A stretch of 21,933 bases of DNA, taken from Methanoregula sp. Its GTDB lineage: Archaea; Halobacteriota; Methanomicrobia; Methanomicrobiales; Methanospirillaceae. Both the position numbers and the translations under genes were made by a program. Below the pieces are notes generated by a model. That model saw only the letters and a list, made by a program, of their open reading frames with translations, was not told the DNA's origin and did not search any database. Positions 9,584-17,451 of the stretch are shown here, in pieces (within the stretch, counting starts at the first letter, position 1; each line of letters begins with the position of its first letter). The stretch is taken from contig JBDKTL010000028.1 of NCBI GenBank assembly GCA_039698055.1, forward strand, positions 1 through 21,933. The letters run 5' to 3'.

Positions 9584-11394
9584 TACCAAGGACAGAGCAG
9601 GAACAAAAAAAGGAAGCGGTCCGGCTTTTTGAGGACGGGCGGTACCAGGAGTCGCTGGAGATCTGCCACCTCCTGCTAGAAACGGTAAAAGACCCGACCC
9701 TTGAGATTCTTGCCGCCACCAACCTCTATTATACCGGAAAACTTGAGGATGCCGAGGTTTTTTTCCGTGACATTGCGCAGAAGATGCCCGAATCGTCCTA
9801 TGTCCACAGTTTCCTTGCAAAAGTCCTGGAAAGCCGGGGCGACGATGGCGCAATTGCCGAATATGCCCTTGCCGTGCAGCTTGACCCGACAAACCAGGCA
9901 GCACTCCGCAGTTATGCCGATTACCTGGTGCTGCGCAAAGATTTCCGGGGCGCACTGCCGGTCCTCAGGCGACTGGTGGATGCAGGGAGAAAACCCGGCG
10001 ACGTGCATGACCTGATGCGGGCGCTCATCGCAGCGGGGAATGCACAGGAAGCACTTGCCGTGTCCGCACAGTACGGGTCGGGTCATACCCGAACCGGGGA
10101 ATATGTGGACGCGCTTATCACGACGCAGAAGTACCGGGCCGCCGCCGATGCAGCGAGCCTGCTCTATAAAGAGACTCCTGACCCCGCCATGACACGCAGG
10201 TATCTTGCCGCACATTCGCTGGACGATCCAGCCGCCGGACCGGATGCCTATGCTGCATGTCTTGCCGATGCCGACAACGACGATATCCGGGCAGATTATG
10301 TCCGGCTCTTACAGGCTGAAAGAAGATATGCCGAAGCGCTCGCCGCATTACAATCCCTGTGCACCCGAACGTCCCTTCCCCTCTACCGGCTCATGGAGTG
10401 CGAGATCCTCGCAGCGACAGGTAACGACGTGGAAACGATCGCGGCATATGAGCGGCTTATTGGCGACGAACTCATAACAAAAAATGATCTTGAGATGCTG
10501 GAGCACATCATCAGGTCTTACCGGTCCTTTATCGTTTCGCACAGTGCTCCCGATACCGCCCGGGAGCGTTTCCTGTCCGTCGTCTCGCAGGATGTAAACG
10601 TTGTGAGCCTGCTTGAAACCGCCCGGTGGTATGAGGATGAGAGAAATGCGGTTGAAGCACGGGCATGGTATTACCGTGCGTACCGTGCCGATTACTTAAA
10701 CGGCGGGTTACCTTATGCCCGGTTCCTGTCCAGTCACGGGGAGGAACGGGAATGCGAGAAAGTGATGCTCTATATCCTTTCCAACGTGAAAAAGAGCGCC
10801 GATCTCGGGCGGGTTGCCAGAGTCATCGTGGATAAGAGCGGGACGATGCACCAGCTCAAACGGCTGGTCGGCCAGTTGATCAAACGGCTGGTCGAACGCC
10901 GGGCAGGCCTGAGTTCGGATGAGATGGAACTGCTGGCAGTCGCATTCTTTATCGCCGCACAACGGGCGCTCGAAGAGGCGGACTATGCGGAATGCAAGTA
11001 TTACAGTCTCTGCGGGATGGACGTCCTGCCGGCACAGGCAACCGGTTGCCAGCTGGAGGATTTCCTCGGGCTTATTAGGACATGCAAGGACCAGTCGATT
11101 GCCGAACGCCCCGTGATGCAGGCAGCACCGATAAAAAAACGGGTGACCACCGCACATCCCGTACCGGTACTGGCGCAACAGGTGGAACTATCAGACCAGG
11201 AGCAGAAGATCGTTGCATTTATCCGGTCACACCGCAAAGCAACCGAGATGGACCTGCGGGCACTGCTCCAGACCCGCCGGGTGACGGGGATCGTGAACCG
11301 GCTGATCCAGAAAGCAACGGCACAGGGAATCATGCTCATCAGGAAAAATGGTGTGGGAGATGACGGAGAGATCTATGAATATGCCGGAACCTGA
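9580..11394 (+). CDS. Large TPR/helical-repeat protein with a C-terminal winged-helix-like domain
   Basis: TPR-like units (AIAEYALAVQLDPTNQAALRSYADYL), a Pro/Lys linker, then LSDQEQKIVAFIRSHRKATEMDLRALL. ATG 9580 overlaps the GT2 stop (ATGA). Confidence 0.8.
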   Translation: MIPRTEQEQKKEAVRLFEDGRYQESLEICHLLLETVKDPTLEILAATNLYYTGKLEDAEVFFRDIAQKMPESSYVHSFLAKVLESRGDDGAIAEYALAVQLDPTNQAALRSYADYLVLRKDFRGALPVLRRLVDAGRKPGDVHDLMRALIAAGNAQEALAVSAQYGSGHTRTGEYVDALITTQKYRAAADAASLLYKETPDPAMTRRYLAAHSLDDPAAGPDAYAACLADADNDDIRADYVRLLQAERRYAEALAALQSLCTRTSLPLYRLMECEILAATGNDVETIAAYERLIGDELITKNDLEMLEHIIRSYRSFIVSHSAPDTARERFLSVVSQDVNVVSLLETARWYEDERNAVEARAWYYRAYRADYLNGGLPYARFLSSHGEERECEKVMLYILSNVKKSADLGRVARVIVDKSGTMHQLKRLVGQLIKRLVERRAGLSSDEMELLAVAFFIAAQRALEEADYAECKYYSLCGMDVLPAQATGCQLEDFLGLIRTCKDQSIAERPVMQAAPIKKRVTTAHPVPVLAQQVELSDQEQKIVAFIRSHRKATEMDLRALLQTRRVTGIVNRLIQKATAQGIMLIRKNGVGDDGEIYEYAGT

Positions 11395-12676
11395 ACAGAT
11401 GGACCCGGGCAGGATTGCAAGCCTGAATATCATCAATGCCCTCCGGAGGGGTACGGTGCCGGCGGGGGGGCTTGAACGCATCGCCGTCGGGCTTGACGTG
11501 GAAGAAGGCGTCATTGGCAAACAGCTCGATTACGTGGCGCAGGGAGGCGGCGACCTGAAATTTATCCGGGGCGATTACGGGAGCGGCAAAACGTTTCTTG
11601 TCGCCCGTTCCCTCGAGATCGCGACCGATAAAGGGTTTGTCACCACCCACGTCATCATCGGTTCACAGGCGCCGCTTTACAAGGTAAAAGCGATCTACCA
11701 GCAGATCTGCGCAAACCTCCGCACAAAGGAAGAGGATCACGCGCTGAAAATGATCGTCGACAACTGGCTTTTTTCCATTGAAGAGCGGTTACTGTCGGTC
11801 AGCGGGTCCGGTGAAGAGGATGCCGCCCTTGAAGCCGCAACCGAAAAGGAGATCGAGGCGGCACTTGCGGGCATCAGCGAGATGAACACGGCGCTTGCCG
11901 CAGCTCTAAGGACCTACTACCGGGCAAACAATGCCGGGGATTTTGCGCTGGCACAGTCGGCACTCGGGTGGATTTCCGGCGAGCCAAATATCGGCCGGGA
12001 CTTCAAACAGAAAGCGGGTATCAAAGGAGAGATTGACGATACGATAGCGTTTGCATTCCTCAGGGGGCTTGTCACGATCATCCACGGGTCCGGGTACAAG
12101 GGGATCGCCATTGCAGTTGACGAGATGGAAACAACACAGGGGCTCCAGCGCAACCAGCGCGAGAAGGGATACCACACGCTTGTCCAGATCATCGATGCGC
12201 TTGACCGGGGCGATATGCCCCGGTGCTATTTCCTTTTTACCGGGACACCAGCGTTCTTTGACGGTTCACGCGGCATCCGCTCCGTCACCCCGCTCTATGA
12301 CCGTATCAGCGTCGTGCAGGCAGACAATTTCAAAAATCCCCGCCAGCCACAGATCCACCTGGCAAAATTTGATACCGGTAAACTCGAACTGGTCGCGCTC
12401 AAGGTTATCGATGTTTATTCGCAGGCGTACCGTGAAGTCGACCGCGAGCGGATCTCCCACCGTTTTATCCGGGCGATGATCAAAAAGATCACGAACCGTT
12501 TTGGCGGACGGATCGACGTGATCCCCCGGATTTTCTTAAAGGAGTTCGTCGATGTGCTGGACAAATGCGAGCTCTATGACCAGTATAACCCGTGGGACGG
12601 ATATGAATTCGACGCGGAGCATATGAAAGGCGAACTGAAAAAAGAAGAAGAAGCGGTCATGGTCGTCGAGTTCTGA
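11375..12676 (+). CDS. BrxD-like / DUF2791 P-loop ATPase
   Basis: NALRRGTVP, KFIRGDYGSGKT (Walker A), IAVDEME (Walker B), FLFTGTP, PRIFLKEFVDVLD. Start at 11375 or 11381, overlapping the upstream gene. Confidence 0.85.
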   Translation: MNMPEPEQMDPGRIASLNIINALRRGTVPAGGLERIAVGLDVEEGVIGKQLDYVAQGGGDLKFIRGDYGSGKTFLVARSLEIATDKGFVTTHVIIGSQAPLYKVKAIYQQICANLRTKEEDHALKMIVDNWLFSIEERLLSVSGSGEEDAALEAATEKEIEAALAGISEMNTALAAALRTYYRANNAGDFALAQSALGWISGEPNIGRDFKQKAGIKGEIDDTIAFAFLRGLVTIIHGSGYKGIAIAVDEMETTQGLQRNQREKGYHTLVQIIDALDRGDMPRCYFLFTGTPAFFDGSRGIRSVTPLYDRISVVQADNFKNPRQPQIHLAKFDTGKLELVALKVIDVYSQAYREVDRERISHRFIRAMIKKITNRFGGRIDVIPRIFLKEFVDVLDKCELYDQYNPWDGYEFDAEHMKGELKKEEEAVMVVEF

Positions 12677-12736
12677 CCGGTTCTGGCTCCCGCGATTATG
12701 ATAGCATTAAATTGTTTAAATGAACACCGTACTGGC

Positions 12737-13270
12737 ATGAGAGGGTTCAACCGGCTTGCAATCGTTCTGGCTCTTTTCATCTGTGCAATACCGGCGGCCG
12801 GTGCAGTTTCAATAACCCTCAATGCGTCTCCCACGGAGGCACATATCGGCGATGTCATTACCCTCAACGGTTCGATAACCGGCATCAAAACGATTGCAGT
12901 GTATCTCTTTGTGACCGGCCCGGGACTTGATCCACGGGGAGTCACGCTGGAAAACTTCAACATCCCGGCAGGCAGGGGATTGTTTACAACCTCCCCGGTT
13001 GACATGGCTTCCGGGAACTGGCAGTACCAGTGGGATACCTCCATAACACTGGGGGAGATGCGGCCCGGGAAATATACCGTATACGTGGTGAGTTCCCCTC
13101 TCGATAAACAACAGTTTGAAGGAGGGGATTATGCAAAAGCGGATATCATGCTGGTGCCTCCCGTCGAACCGACAAACGCAATACCCTTATCATCCATGAC
13201 CACCGTTCTTGCTCTCATCGCGGCCGGGTTGATTGGCTGCGGTGTCTGCTGCCGGGTTAAAAAAGAATGA
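12737..13270 (+). CDS. Secreted cell-surface protein with a C-terminal membrane anchor (S-layer-associated type)
   Basis: Signal peptide ending PAAGA, beta-rich VYLFVTGPGL...WQYQWDT...GKYTVYVV, then Pro linker, TM and RVKKE. Confidence 0.78.
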   Translation: MRGFNRLAIVLALFICAIPAAGAVSITLNASPTEAHIGDVITLNGSITGIKTIAVYLFVTGPGLDPRGVTLENFNIPAGRGLFTTSPVDMASGNWQYQWDTSITLGEMRPGKYTVYVVSSPLDKQQFEGGDYAKADIMLVPPVEPTNAIPLSSMTTVLALIAAGLIGCGVCCRVKKE

Positions 13271-13440
13271 GACGGGTCTGGTTTTACGTCAATATAAGGG
13301 AAATTTTTGGTGCAATTATTGACTGATGAGACACCTGCATTGATAACCGTATTTTGGCTAAATGCTTCTTTTTAATTTGAACGTTTTTTTAAAAAACAGA
13401 TTGGCCATTGTAAAGAGGATGTGTGTGTGTTTAGGATGCC

Positions 13441-13495
13441 TCCCACCCCTGATGGGGTCGCTTGAGGGGTCTCATCGACCCCTCGCTGGGCAAGA
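13441..13495. repeat. 55-bp structured dispersed repeat, copy 2 (inverted relative to copy 1)
   Basis: TCCCACCCCTGATGGGGTCGCTTGAGGGGTCTCATCGACCCCTCGCTGGGCAAGA is the reverse complement of 2-56 with one mismatch. Confidence 0.9.
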
Positions 13496-13555
13496 CGGTT
13501 TTTGTTATTCCAATAAAAAAAAGTGAGTGCTCCCATCAGGAGTTCCTCTTTTTTA

Positions 13556-13772
13556 GGCACTGGAGAAAACCTCTTTCATAACACGCAAGCCCCCCCCTTC
13601 TTTGCGCCATCAGTCCCCCAAGGGGGACGGGGCGCAGTGCGATGATGCCAGAAAAGATAATACCCGGCTATCGCAACCAAGGGATGTCACAGCGGCAGGG
13701 GCGAAGGCAAGGATTGCCGTAGCCTAAAAAGAGCGTTATGGCAATTAAAATTTTGAGGATTTCTACAGAGCC
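13556..13772. mobile_element. MITE-like non-autonomous element (217 bp)
   Basis: Imperfect terminal inverted repeats GGCACTGGAGAAAACCTC (13556-13573) and rc GGCTCTGTAGAAATCCTC (13755-13772), 15/18 match. No transposase, nested internal palindromes, no clear target-site duplication. Confidence 0.65.
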
Positions 13773-13801
13773 GAATTTTTCATTCAACCGTACATCACAA
13801 T

Positions 13802-13936
13802 TCAGATGGAATAAGTTTGTGTTCCTGTGACGCGGTCGCTATACACTTCATAATACCAGGTTCCTCTTGCTACACCGCTTGGATAGTTGATGTAAAAATT
13901 TATACGTCCGTCATTTGCACCATCAAAACGGTCATA
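13802..13936 (-). pseudogene. 3' remnant of a secreted pre-peptidase-C-terminal (PPC-like) domain gene
   Basis: YDRFDGANDGRINFYINYPSGVARGTWYYEVYSDRVTGTQTYSI* resembles the end of a methanogen PPC-like beta-domain family (from recall). Coding-like sequence stops at an A10 run upstream. Confidence 0.55.
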
Positions 13937-14072
13937 GTTTTTTTTTTGAAGGACCATGGGTGGTTCCCTCACAGAACACCGGTCTGCCTCACGATCCTGT
14001 TTCAAACCGCAGACAATCCCTTTAGTTCGATCTGTGATTAAAGCATTTTTCGGACACTTTTTGTTTATGCGA

Positions 14073-14669
14073 TTATTTCTTGCGTCCTATCAAGGCAAAT
14101 GCAATGCCAATGAGTGCAAGTGCAATAACGACACCCGCAACAAAAACGGGCGGGAGTTTGCCCGCTCCGGTGAGAATCCCCTGGATCCGGTAATCCCATA
14201 CTGAAGGATATACCGGGTCCATGGTATCTGACCAGGTCTCTTTGGCATCCAGGATCCATACTGCTATAATCTGCGTCGGGTCATCATGCCCCCCGGCCAT
14301 TCTTGTCAAAAAGACCAGCTGTTTCCCGCAGGAATTGCCCGGTGGGATGTGGACAGATATGAAGCCACTATCCATCTTCTTCTCGTCCCATCTCCCGACC
14401 CCGCATTCCGTGATATATTCCATAATGGCGGGGTTGCCCTTCACGGACGGATGCCTCCCATTAAGTGCGTCAACCGGTGCACCCATACCGGGATAGATAG
14501 GTGTGGCTATCGCAACTGGCGCCGGACTGATAGTGACCGCGGTAGTATTCCCGCCTGCCACCGGGACAGGGGCCGCAAGAGAGTACCCGCACAGGACGAG
14601 GCTGCTGATGAGGACAACAACAACCATGAGTATAGTACTGCCGTGATGTTCCCGAAAACCTGCAATCAA
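14073..14669 (-). CDS. Secreted hypothetical protein with a C-terminal TM anchor
   Basis: N-terminal hydrophobic signal, Pro/Thr-rich linker, C-terminal LPPVFVAGVVIALALIGIAFALIGRKK. Confidence 0.75.
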   Translation of the reverse strand: MIAGFREHHGSTILMVVVVLISSLVLCGYSLAAPVPVAGGNTTAVTISPAPVAIATPIYPGMGAPVDALNGRHPSVKGNPAIMEYITECGVGRWDEKKMDSGFISVHIPPGNSCGKQLVFLTRMAGGHDDPTQIIAVWILDAKETWSDTMDPVYPSVWDYRIQGILTGAGKLPPVFVAGVVIALALIGIAFALIGRKK

Positions 14670-14975
14670 TTATATCAAAAAGATTGTTATATTTACGTTA
14701 TAATAAACTCGACCGCTACCCCTTCCACCCGGTGTATACGTGACCTGGTACATCATGATCTTCCCAAGACTTTTATTTGGGTAACCGTGCGATTAAGGAT
14801 CAGACTTTCCGTGCACCGGTCTGCGGTTATCTCTGGTAATTTCGACGAATCCACCTTGATTCTTCTTATTTTCAAAGTCCTAATGGATGTTCTTTGAATC
14901 CAAATATTACGAGGATGCCATTACCGGTGGTGTGGATAGCCCGGTACATCCAGATATAATACTCTTAAAAAAAGG

Positions 14976-16265
14976 TTAGTTGTATCCTGGCAGTTCTCCC
15001 AAGGGCTGAGCAACCAGGTCTTCATACCTCAACAGTCCATCCCCGGCGGGATCTCCCATAGACCGGTTGTCATCAGCATCGGTGTATTTTGTCAGGTTCA
15101 TATGGGTATTATTCCCATTTTTATACACCTGAGAGTTGTTGAAAATATGCCAAGTCGGATCGGAATGGACCCAGGCACTACCTACTCGGTTTTCCAGGAT
15201 GCCATGCCCAAAGACCTGTCCGGTCTCATTCACCCACGTAATACCGAGGAACCGTGATGGGATCCCGAGCGAGCGGCTGAAGGTTACGTCCATCGTGGCA
15301 TACTCATCGCACACGCCCTCGTATCCCTGGTTTATTACATAGAGATCAGATGCAGCATAGAGCTTGTTCGTGTCAGAATCGACATAATGCATCGTATCAT
15401 TCACGTATGTGTTCAGTGTATTGGCAGTTTCAAACGGTGAGTTGGTGTTGTCAGCTGCGGTTGCTGCTTCCAAGATGATCGCATATCCTTCACTGAACGG
15501 GAAATGGTACAGGTCGCTTGTCTCAAGGTTGTCCCCGCCATCCGGGTCTGGCAGGTGCGAGGCATCATTGTTGTATTTTTCAATCCCGTTCAGTTCCAGT
15601 TGCCCGGACCATGTCACGGTATTGTCGGGGCCCACGGTGATGAAGGATCCCATCGGTTTTATTCCCACGGTACTCTGGCTTCCAACGACCATGAACGGGA
15701 TGGAAACCGTCATATTCGCACCGGGAGCGAGGTTCAAATACTCTGCCGGTGTGCCGAACCCATCTTCGATGGATACGAAATACACCAGGCCGCTAGCGGC
15801 TGTTGATCCATAATTGTGTATGACAACGGTCTGGGTAGCAACGGTGTCCTGTGTCCAGTACCAGTTGAAATACCCGTATTCCGGTGCCACGGGTGGGATC
15901 ACCGCTGCTGCCTTTGCCACGACATTGGTCTTCGATTCTGGCGTAACGAAGTTGATCTTCGCCGCTTTCATCGAGGACTTCTCAACATCAATAAAATTGT
16001 TTCCGGTCGGGAACTTCATATTTGGGCTGATAACTTCGACCCCCGGGTATGCTTTTGCCGTTTGTGCATCCATCTTTTTGATCGGGACCGTCGGAACAAT
16101 CACACTATACGCCGACATGTCCTTTTGTCCTGCCCATTCATCGAACTGTCCGACCCATCCCGGCGGTGTCGGGTTTGTCTGGTTCGTCGCGCTTGCAAGC
16201 GGAACAAACACCATTACCAGCATCACTGCCGCGAGCAGCAGTGAAAATCCTTTCATGTGTTTCAT
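14976..16265 (-). CDS. Secreted transglutaminase-like (papain-fold) cysteine enzyme with an Ig/CARDB-like domain
   Basis: Signal peptide ending PLASA; triad motifs GVCDEYA...RSLGIPSR, FGHG, WVHSDPTW; GGAGGT SD upstream. Confidence 0.85.
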   Translation of the reverse strand: MKHMKGFSLLLAAVMLVMVFVPLASATNQTNPTPPGWVGQFDEWAGQKDMSAYSVIVPTVPIKKMDAQTAKAYPGVEVISPNMKFPTGNNFIDVEKSSMKAAKINFVTPESKTNVVAKAAAVIPPVAPEYGYFNWYWTQDTVATQTVVIHNYGSTAASGLVYFVSIEDGFGTPAEYLNLAPGANMTVSIPFMVVGSQSTVGIKPMGSFITVGPDNTVTWSGQLELNGIEKYNNDASHLPDPDGGDNLETSDLYHFPFSEGYAIILEAATAADNTNSPFETANTLNTYVNDTMHYVDSDTNKLYAASDLYVINQGYEGVCDEYATMDVTFSRSLGIPSRFLGITWVNETGQVFGHGILENRVGSAWVHSDPTWHIFNNSQVYKNGNNTHMNLTKYTDADDNRSMGDPAGDGLLRYEDLVAQPLGELPGYN

Positions 16266-16394
16266 AGGGTTTTTTTACCTCCGTGTTGTTACGGAAGCAT
16301 GATCCAAAATCTTCATTAGAACAGAAGTTCATTGTATTATGCCTACGGGCAGGGTCGGGTTTGTCAAGTGTGCAAACTTATGTGAACCCGTCCT
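16266..16394 (-). promoter_or_regulatory. Structured 5' leader, copy A (candidate cis-regulatory RNA)
   Basis: Homologous to 21120-21241. Stem CGGGUU/AACCCG around GCACACUUGAC, hairpin UGCC-CGUA-GGCA, SD-sequestering hairpin at 16276-16299. Confidence 0.75.
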
Positions 16395-16420
16395 TTCCAC
16401 TTTTGAGATCAACATTCGTG

Positions 16421-16428
16421 ATATAAAG
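16421..16428 (-). promoter_or_regulatory. Putative archaeal TATA box
   Basis: CTTTATAT on the minus strand, preceded by A-rich AAATAAC, about 28 nt before the first leader stem. Confidence 0.5.
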
Positions 16429-16507
16429 GTTATTTGATTCAATCTTTTAGATACAAATCGGTGATCCTCCGGTATTAAAGGTATGGAATATACATCCCGG
16501 AACCGTG

Positions 16508-17434
16508 TCAGATCTGCATGTCACAGATCATATAACGGATGCCCTTGTCCGGATAGGTGACAATGATCTGGAGATGGACGGGGACAGTCTCATTACCTGA
16601 CACGTCTCTGCCTTGGAGGGTGACTGATGCTTTCCTCTGGAATGGGAGCCCTTCCGGGGGGTTGATAACAGCATCAAGACCCGATCCCATAATTATCGAC
16701 TGGTTACTGGCATCTTTTTCATTAAGGAAAATCTTCACGGACGGAACCACATCATGTTTTATCCCTGAATCAGGTTGCATGACGATGCGAATGGAATCAG
16801 GGGCGGTACGGGTTACATCCACCCTGTCGTTAATGGGGACAAAACACCTGAGCTCTTCTGCAACGGGTCCCGGATTCCCGAGGTATAGCAGAACCGGCGG
16901 GACGATCAGGACTGCGAGGAGTAAAAACCTGGAGGAATGCAGTTGTCTCGTAATAGCGGATATATTTTGGATCTTCCTATCCTCCGGTGCGAATCCGCAT
17001 CGGGGTTCAGAGAAATATGCGCCGATGGCCTGTATGACCGCCGATGATATGAGGATTCCTGTCACTAGGATCGGCGAATCGGAAAAATCCGCTGAGTCCA
17101 ATACCAGTGTTTTGAACGCAACCAGCGCTGTGAACACAAGCGCTGTACAAATCCCGGACACCATTCCGATAATCAGCGCCCGTGAATTTTTTCCGGTACA
17201 GAACAAGCATCCTGTAAAAAAACCAAGGAGTGCGAATATGAGTGCAAACAGTACGATTACCTGAATAGAGTAATAATCATACAGAGAATGACATACTGCA
17301 AACGGAAGAAACTGATCCCATATCCCCTGCAGGAGAAAATACGCTGTTGCTGAACAGGCGCCGCCAAAACACCCAACGAGGATAATTACCGGTATCCGTG
17401 TCAGTAATTGCGTATGCTCACGAAAGGCACCCAT
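16508..17434 (-). CDS. Multi-TM membrane protein with a C-terminal pilin-like beta domain, paralog 3 of 3
   Basis: About five hydrophobic helices, then VDVTRTAPDSIRI...SGLD..INPPEGL...HLQIIVTYPDKG. ATG 17434 follows GGTGA; alternative GTG at 17443. Confidence 0.78.
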   Translation of the reverse strand: MGAFREHTQLLTRIPVIILVGCFGGACSATAYFLLQGIWDQFLPFAVCHSLYDYYSIQVIVLFALIFALLGFFTGCLFCTGKNSRALIIGMVSGICTALVFTALVAFKTLVLDSADFSDSPILVTGILISSAVIQAIGAYFSEPRCGFAPEDRKIQNISAITRQLHSSRFLLLAVLIVPPVLLYLGNPGPVAEELRCFVPINDRVDVTRTAPDSIRIVMQPDSGIKHDVVPSVKIFLNEKDASNQSIIMGSGLDAVINPPEGLPFQRKASVTLQGRDVSGNETVPVHLQIIVTYPDKGIRYMICDMQI

Positions 17435-17451
17435 GCATGTCACCAGAGAAA

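Noticed and set aside
11375-12676. Calling a complete BREX or Shango system
   Set aside because: Only the ATPase is recognisable; there is no methylase, PglZ, helicase or clear TerB domain in the window.
13372-13560. 62-aa minus-strand ORF
   Set aside because: It reads through the 55-bp repeat and AT-rich filler, so it is likely spurious.
13441-13772. CRISPR array or tRNA interpretation of the palindromic repeats
   Set aside because: No regularly spaced direct repeats, no cas genes and no cloverleaf consensus.
14920-14960. Weak similarity (GGT.TGGA...TACATCC) to 16479-16497
   Set aside because: Too short and gapped to distinguish from chance.
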